NCBI GenBank assembly: GCA_964500195.1
Contig: CAZCND010000001.1
Span: 1-51,393, forward strand
DNA length: 51,393 nt
Direction: 5' to 3'
Source of the DNA: an uncultured Candidatus Saccharibacteria bacterium
GTDB taxonomy: Bacteria; Patescibacteriota; Minisyncoccia; Phycocordibacterales; UBA9973
The position numbers and the translations under genes were made by a program. Shown one piece after another: positions 50,895 through 51,393 of this stretch. The notes under the pieces are model-generated. The model did no database searches. It saw only the letters and a program-made list of their open reading frames with translations, and had not been told where the DNA came from. Numbering within the stretch: the first letter of the stretch is position 1; the number at the start of each line of letters is the position of its first letter.

Positions 50895-51393
50895 ATTGAA
50901 TTATTCCACGAACAGCTTCCGCTACCCGTGCCTTGTTACGACTTATTCCCTGTCACCGAGCTTACTGTAGGCCCTCCTTCTGGAGAGACTTCGAGCACTC
51001 CCGGCTCCCTTGAATTGACGGGCGGTGAGTACAAGACTTGAGAACGTATTCACCGCGGTATATCTGACCCGCGATTACTAGTAATTCCAACTTCATGGGG
51101 TCGAGTTGCAGCCCCCAATCCGAACTGGCGCAATTTTTCTTAGGATTAGCTCAGAGTTACCTCGTCGCAGCCCGTTGTAATTGCGATTGTATTATGTGTG
51201 TAGCCCAAGGTATCAAGGGACATGCTGACCTGGCGTCATCCTCCCCTTCCTCCCAGCCCTCTGGATTCTAATTCACTATGAGATTCATAATAAATTAAAG
51301 GATAATAATATTTTGTAAAAACAAAACTTAAAATCCAGAGGGCTGGGCAGTCTCGTGTGACACTTATAACACACGATGAGGGTTGCGTTCGTT
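50895..51393 (-). rRNA. rrs: 16S rRNA gene, 3' ~500 nt (continues past the window end)
   Basis: Reverse complement contains AACGAACGCAACCCTC (E. coli ~1100), GAATACGTTCTCAAGTCTTGTACTCACCGCCCGTCAA (~1380-1405), AAGTCGTAACAAGGCA (~1495), and helix 45 ACGGGTAGC-GGAA-GCTGTTCGT. The exact 3' end is uncertain. Confidence 0.92.
51259..51340 (-). other. 82-nt AT-rich insertion in the 16S helix-40 loop
   Basis: The conserved helix arms CCCAGCC (51252-51258) and GGCTGGG (51341-51347) normally enclose a short loop. Here they enclose 82 nt that start and end with the complementary CTCTGGATT / AATCCAGAG. Confidence 0.8.

Noticed and set aside
50722-50970. ORF 50722-50970 (plus, 82 aa)
   Set aside because: It runs antisense through the 16S trailer hairpins and the 16S 3' end (helix 44/45), so it is not a credible gene.

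Overview
AT-rich, tightly packed bacterial chromosome segment. Small genes, many leaderless-type promoters and a 16S rRNA gene carrying an insertion suggest a reduced-genome Patescibacteria/CPR-like organism (inference). The backbone, mostly on the minus strand, holds tRNA-Val, tRNA-Ser, gpmI, a znuABC-like transporter with a divergent zur-like regulator, tRNA-Glu, gyrA, an rpsA-like gene, pth, lepB, hisS, fmt, hpf, an lctP-like permease, guaC, rnhB, dnaE, secA, RNase P RNA and the 3' ~500 nt of a 16S rRNA gene. The main accessory feature is a variable region (~27.7-40.5 kb) that ends at tRNA-Asn. It contains decayed genes (a frameshifted NUDIX, an ORF with an in-frame stop, a transposase-like stub), hicBA, NYN, HNH, and a compact four-gene operon: HsdR, a fused HsdM-HsdS, a membrane/coiled-coil/zinc-ribbon protein and an HEPN-like protein. 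The region is punctuated by structured junction repeats that share a TGCTCC core, including a perfect 32-nt direct repeat that reaches into tRNA-Asn. Other notable points: the 16S 3' tail lacks the CCUCC anti-Shine-Dalgarno, and many genes have an extended -10 box 6-8 nt before the ATG. The 16S also carries an 82-nt insertion in the helix-40 loop and is followed by a terminator rather than a 23S gene. Five tandem VirB2/TrbC-like small membrane paralogues sit in one cluster, decayed tRNA-Glu copies flank the intact gene, and several promoter-plus-terminator small-RNA candidates are present. All calls were made by eye, without searches.
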